A stretch of 64,000 nt of DNA from an uncultured Desulfobacterales bacterium (GTDB taxonomy: Bacteria; Desulfobacterota; DSM-4660; Desulfatiglandales; HGW-15). Below the pieces are notes generated by a model. It did not search any database. It was not told where the DNA came from and was given only the letters and a program-made list of their open reading frames with translations. The DNA lies in the NCBI GenBank assembly GCA_964443135.1, contig CAYUBQ010000003.1, positions 62,174-126,173 of the forward strand, given 5' to 3'. This document shows positions 60,440 through 64,000 of the stretch, piece after piece; positions within the stretch are counted from its first letter, which is position 1, and each line of letters starts with the position of its first letter. A program made the translations under genes and the position numbers.

Positions 60440-61339
60440 TCACGGTCGATCCGGTCCGGAGGACCGGCGGTCGTAGAACACGAAGACCTCTTCGCCGTAG
60501 TAGCGGCCGTTGATCACCTGCCCCGGTCCGAAACGCCGGATCTGCTTGCCCCGGAGGAAGCTCTCGAACCGTTCGTTCATCTCCTCCAGCGCAACGTCCT
60601 CCCGGAACCATCGGACCGGCACGTTCACGTTGATGGGGCGCGCCGACACCAGGTGTCGGGTCGCCTTGGGCGCGAACACCTGGCCGCGGCTCGCCGCGTC
60701 CACCACCATAGCTTTTGTGATGTGCGGTGTCCAGATGGCGAGTGCGTTTCGGCCGGGCACTCGGCAGGAGGCGTCGCCGGCCAGGTCCTGGCACGGGACG
60801 TACTCCAGCTCCGCCCCCTCCCGCACCAGCCGCCCCTGGATCCGCTCCAGGACCTCGTAGGCCTCGACCCCGCCGCAGACCCGGTCCGGGGGGAAGCGGA
60901 GCACCCCCCTGGCCTCCCCGCACTCCGCGCCCATGAGGAGGGGGTCCTGCTCGAGCCGGGCGGCGAGGGCCCGCCGGCCGGCCACAGGCTCCAGGCTTCC
61001 CCCCATCTCCTCGACGATCCCGCAGAGCCCTTCCAGGCTGCACACCCTCTTCAGCAGCCGGAACCAGTAGCGCAGCCCCACGTGATCGCTGTGGTAGTCG
61101 ATCCTGCAGACCGGGATGGTGCGGAACCCCAGACGCTTGAACACGAAGGTGCGGTGGTTGCCGTCCAGGACGATGTGGTTCCGCTCGACGATGATCGGGT
61201 TCTGGAGGCGGGCCCAGTCCTTGAGCTCGAGGGCGAGGCTGTCGGCCACGTGGGGAAGGGTCTCCTCGTGCTCTCGAAGCGTCTCGACCCGGACGACTTC
61301 CAGGTGCATGGTCAGGTCACCGGCCTCGATGACGAACAT
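60440..61339 (-). CDS. ParB/Srx-fold (ParB-like nuclease domain) protein of unknown function
   Basis: The N-terminal NPIIVERNHIVLDGNHRTFVFKRLG is the ParB/sulfiredoxin-type DGxHR motif. 299 aa. GGGAGG RBS. The track ORF extends upstream across a repeat. Confidence 0.7.
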   Translation of the reverse strand: MFVIEAGDLTMHLEVVRVETLREHEETLPHVADSLALELKDWARLQNPIIVERNHIVLDGNHRTFVFKRLGFRTIPVCRIDYHSDHVGLRYWFRLLKRVCSLEGLCGIVEEMGGSLEPVAGRRALAARLEQDPLLMGAECGEARGVLRFPPDRVCGGVEAYEVLERIQGRLVREGAELEYVPCQDLAGDASCRVPGRNALAIWTPHITKAMVVDAASRGQVFAPKATRHLVSARPINVNVPVRWFREDVALEEMNERFESFLRGKQIRRFGPGQVINGRYYGEEVFVFYDRRSSGPDRP

Positions 61340-61385
61340 CGTTTCGGTCCTCCCAACGTGCCCGAAGCTCGAAATGACGCGGATA

Positions 61386-61497
61386 CCGGTGGAGTCCCAA
61401 AAAGCCCGAAGCTTCGAGATCGTCCCTGGAATATCAACAGCTCCAGCGTTTCCGGAGGCGGGTGAGCGGGCTTTTGCGAATCCGTCGGTACCCAAAC
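61386..61497 (-). repeat. Dispersed copy of the 107-bp family-1 unit (reverse orientation)
   Basis: The reverse complement reads ACGGATTCGCAAAAGCCCGCTCACCCGCCTCCGGAAACGCTGGAGCTGTTGATATTCCAGGGACGATCTCGAAGCTTCGGGCTTTTTGGGACTCC. Confidence 0.85.
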
Positions 61498-61519
61498 GTC
61501 CATGGCCGGCGTCCGGCTT

Positions 61520-61660
61520 CCGGTCACCCCCGCTGATGAAAACGGGTGTCGTAGGGCGGGGTTTTACACCCCGTCGTGCTTGTCGCAAGCCTTGCGGCGG
61601 CGTGTGAAATGCCGCCCTACGCCCGGACCACCGAGGGGCTTTTTCACGGTAAAGGGTGCT
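61520..61660 (+). repeat. REP-like dispersed repeat, family 2, copy B
   Basis: Aligns with 27191..27319. Contains the 10-bp inverted repeat CGTAGGGCGG (61550..61559) / CCGCCCTACG (61612..61621). Confidence 0.75.
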
Positions 61661-64000
61661 ACCCGGATCGGACCAGGCCGTGCAGGTTCTCCATCAAGGA
61701 ATCCAACTCGTCTTCCCGGAAGCAGTACAGCAGGGTGGTGTGCGGCTGCCTCATGGCGCGCACCCCGTCGCGGACGTCCGCGCCGTCCACCAGCACGTCA
61801 CGGATCATCTGGGCCAGCTCCTGGAAGTCCGGCTCGCCCATGCCGAAGCGGGTCATCTCGGCCGCGCCCATGCGAAGGGCCCCCGAGGCCGTGAAGCCCT
61901 CCTCCTCAGGGGTCGCCTGGTAGTTGCAGATGATGTTGTTGTCCTCCAGTGCGGATGCGGCCTCGGGCCCTTTTCCGTAGCCCACGCGGACCACGACCTG
62001 GTGGGTCTCGGTGAACCCCTCGTCCGGATCGCCGGCCACGTCCAGGCCGCAGTCGTTCAGGGCCCGCGCAAAGGCCCGGGCGTTGGCGATCACACGGGGC
62101 TGGTACTCGTCCTTGAACCGGTTCATCTCGTAGGCGGCCATGAGAAGCCCCAGCATGGTGCCCAGGTGATGGTTGGAGACCGAACCGGGGAAGGTCCGCG
62201 CGGCCACCGACTCCCAGAGGGCGTAGCGCTCCTCCTCTTCCTGAAGTCGGGTCGCCGCGATGCCCCGCTGGGTGCCGAAAAAGGTCTTGTGGGTGGAGCC
62301 GGTGACCAGGTCGGCCCCTTCCCGGAAGGGTTCCTGGAAGTGGGGTCCCGCCAGGCCGAGAACGTGGGCCATGTCGTACATCACCACCGCGTCGATGCCG
62401 CTCTCGTCGAGGAATCGGCGAACGGCCTCCACGGGCTCCCGGCAGAGGACCATGCTCTTCCCGAAGATGATGAGCCGGGGGCGCACCTCGTCGATGCGCT
62501 CGAGGGTCGCCTGCACGTCCACGCGGTACGGGTTGTGGGGGAGGACGGGGAAGGGGACCACGGCGGGCCGTTCGGTCCGGGGGTCCCGTGCCACGAAGTC
62601 CCGGAGCGCGCCCATGGGCTGGGAGCTCAGGTGGCCCCCCTTGGCGATGTGGTGGTTCATGACCGGTGCGATGCGCCGGGGCTCCCGCCTCGGGTCGTCC
62701 CGGTTCAGGTACTGCATCATGGCGCTGAAGACGGCGGTGTTGGCCATCTGCCCGCTGATCAGCCGGGTCTCCAGCTCGGTGCAGCCGAGAAAGAGGGCCA
62801 GCTCCCGCTCGAGGAGCCGTTCGACGCGGGCGATGAACTCCGTACCCTGGTAGTAGAACACCTCCGTGTCGTAAAAGGCGCGGACCTTGCGGTGCTCGGC
62901 GTAGCGGAACGAGGGATCCATGATGGAGAGGAGCCGGACCATGGGCGATGGGGTCATCTCGGAGGGGATCAGGTTGATGCATTCCCTCTGACGCCAGACC
63001 GTGTTCTCGACGGCCTCCTCGAGGAGCTTCCGGGCCGAGGTCGCGGCCGGCTCGGGCTCGGCAGGTTCGGCGCCCGCCACGATGGGCCGGGCATAGGGCG
63101 GGGCGTCGTTCCTGAGGTGGTAGGGGACGACCTTCGCCTCGACGGTGCGGCCCCGGACCTCGACGGTCACCTCGTCGTCCTCCAGGAGGTCCGCATCGAT
63201 GTAGGCCAGGCCCAGCCCCCGAAGCCCGTGCTCTTCGAGCTGGACCGAGGCGAGCCCTTCTCCTCCCACCTTCCAGTAGGGAACCATGGTGCCGCTGGTC
63301 ACCCAGCCCACGTGCCCGCCGTGCCGAAAGACCCGGGAGCCCTCCCGGGCCACGCCCCTCCCGGTCACGGCCAGGGGGCGGACGATGCGGGGGAGATCGG
63401 CGATCCCGGAGTAGTCCCGGACCAGGATGCGGCCGCGCGCCTCGAACTGGCGGAGGAGGATCTCCCTTCCCACGAACGCCCCCTTGAGGGGACTGAAGCT
63501 CACGGCGAAGCGGGCCAGGGGGCAGGCCATGATGGGGATCTCCCGGCCTTCCGGGTCCGTTCCCAGCTCGTGCCCGTAGAGTGGAAGCCCCGCCTCGAGG
63601 CGCAGGGTGTCCCGGGCGCCCAGTCCCACGGGGGAGGCGCCGTGCTCCAGCAGGAGGTCCCAGACGAGGGGGGCCGCCTCGGAGGGCAGGAACAGCTCGA
63701 AGCAGACGGGCTCCCCGGTGTACCCGGTCCGGGCCGTCTGAACCTCGTGACCCTGGATCGTCACCGTGCCCACGGCGTTCCGCATGGGCTCGGGGAGGTC
63801 GCCTGCTTCGACCAGCGGCACCAGGATGTCGCGGGAGAGGGGGCCCTGCAGGGCCAGCATGGCGATCTCGGCGGTCCGGTCCTCGAGCTCGACCCCGTCG
63901 AATGCGGCGGCGGCGGACCGGAGATGGGCCCAGTCCTTGTCCTTGTTGGACGCGTTCACCACCAGGAGAAAGGCGTCCTCCTCGAACCGGTAGAGGTAGG
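61659..64000 (-). CDS. Fusion protein: aminomethyltransferase (GcvT) N-terminal part plus serine-hydroxymethyltransferase-like C-terminal part (5' end outside the window)
   Basis: GcvT motifs (LALQGP, ARTGYTGE, ARDTLRLEAGL), a linker AGAEPAEPEPAATS, then SHMT-like INLIPSEMTPSP, GGHLSS and GSTHKTFFGTQRG. The frame is still open at 64000. Confidence 0.85.
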   Translation of the reverse strand, partial: YLYRFEEDAFLLVVNASNKDKDWAHLRSAAAAFDGVELEDRTAEIAMLALQGPLSRDILVPLVEAGDLPEPMRNAVGTVTIQGHEVQTARTGYTGEPVCFELFLPSEAAPLVWDLLLEHGASPVGLGARDTLRLEAGLPLYGHELGTDPEGREIPIMACPLARFAVSFSPLKGAFVGREILLRQFEARGRILVRDYSGIADLPRIVRPLAVTGRGVAREGSRVFRHGGHVGWVTSGTMVPYWKVGGEGLASVQLEEHGLRGLGLAYIDADLLEDDEVTVEVRGRTVEAKVVPYHLRNDAPPYARPIVAGAEPAEPEPAATSARKLLEEAVENTVWRQRECINLIPSEMTPSPMVRLLSIMDPSFRYAEHRKVRAFYDTEVFYYQGTEFIARVERLLERELALFLGCTELETRLISGQMANTAVFSAMMQYLNRDDPRREPRRIAPVMNHHIAKGGHLSSQPMGALRDFVARDPRTERPAVVPFPVLPHNPYRVDVQATLERIDEVRPRLIIFGKSMVLCREPVEAVRRFLDESGIDAVVMYDMAHVLGLAGPHFQEPFREGADLVTGSTHKTFFGTQRGIAATRLQEEEERYALWESVAARTFPGSVSNHHLGTMLGLLMAAYEMNRFKDEYQPRVIANARAFARALNDCGLDVAGDPDEGFTETHQVVVRVGYGKGPEAASALEDNNIICNYQATPEEEGFTASGALRMGAAEMTRFGMGEPDFQELAQMIRDVLVDGADVRDGVRAMRQPHTTLLYCFREDELDSLMENLHGLVRSG

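Overview
This is a high-G+C bacterial chromosomal segment (composition judged by eye, not computed). No rRNA, tRNA or CRISPR array was found. About 70 protein genes can be supported. Most other long ORFs in the track lie antisense to these genes, have Arg/Gly/Pro-rich translations, and are treated as GC-driven artefacts.

Gene content, left to right:
- lysC and a TreT-like glycosyltransferase pair.
- A long run of redox and oxidative/nitrosative-stress genes: a NOX/FRE-like flavocytochrome with a cytochrome c, a hemerythrin-like protein, a GR-like flavoprotein, HdeD, dodecin, an octahaem HAO-family cytochrome, a group-3b-type NiFe hydrogenase (hydBGDA order) coupled to a ferritin-like gene, a dihaem cytochrome c peroxidase, cytochrome P460, rubrerythrins and Tpx.
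- A gap-tkt-peroxiredoxin chain.
- A B12-radical-SAM gene, an aminotransferase, a PLD-DedA fusion with an EEP protein, and two MFS transporters.
- Signalling proteins: a cNMP-binding protein, an FHA-GAF histidine kinase and a PilZ protein.
- A kinase / APS-kinase / IMPase / ATP-grasp cluster.
- A glycine/serine/threonine block: AGXT, kbl-tdh, lpd, an ACT-ACT-SerB protein and a GcvT-SHMT fusion.
The content suggests an anaerobic Desulfobacterota-like lineage; this is inference only.

Most notable observations:
1. The peroxiredoxin gene is split in the ORF track by an in-frame TGA at the W-C-P-x-C position, and a SECIS-like hairpin follows it. It is probably a selenoprotein.
2. A 107-bp unit is triplicated head-to-tail upstream of the aminotransferase. 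It recurs elsewhere, each time upstream of a gene and pointing at it.
3. A second, REP-like repeat forms a composite intergenic cassette with that unit at two loci.
4. An orphan transcription unit has a consensus promoter, a roughly 180-nt structured leader, a 65-codon Cys-rich ORF and a canonical terminator.
5. A roughly 520-bp hairpin-rich non-coding gap lies upstream of a usp gene.
6. A lower-GC insert carries a transposase C-terminal remnant and is bounded by a perfect 28-bp inverted repeat.
7. A ParB/Srx-fold protein is embedded in the Ser/Gly operon.

All family assignments come from reading motifs in the translations. No database search or computation was possible.
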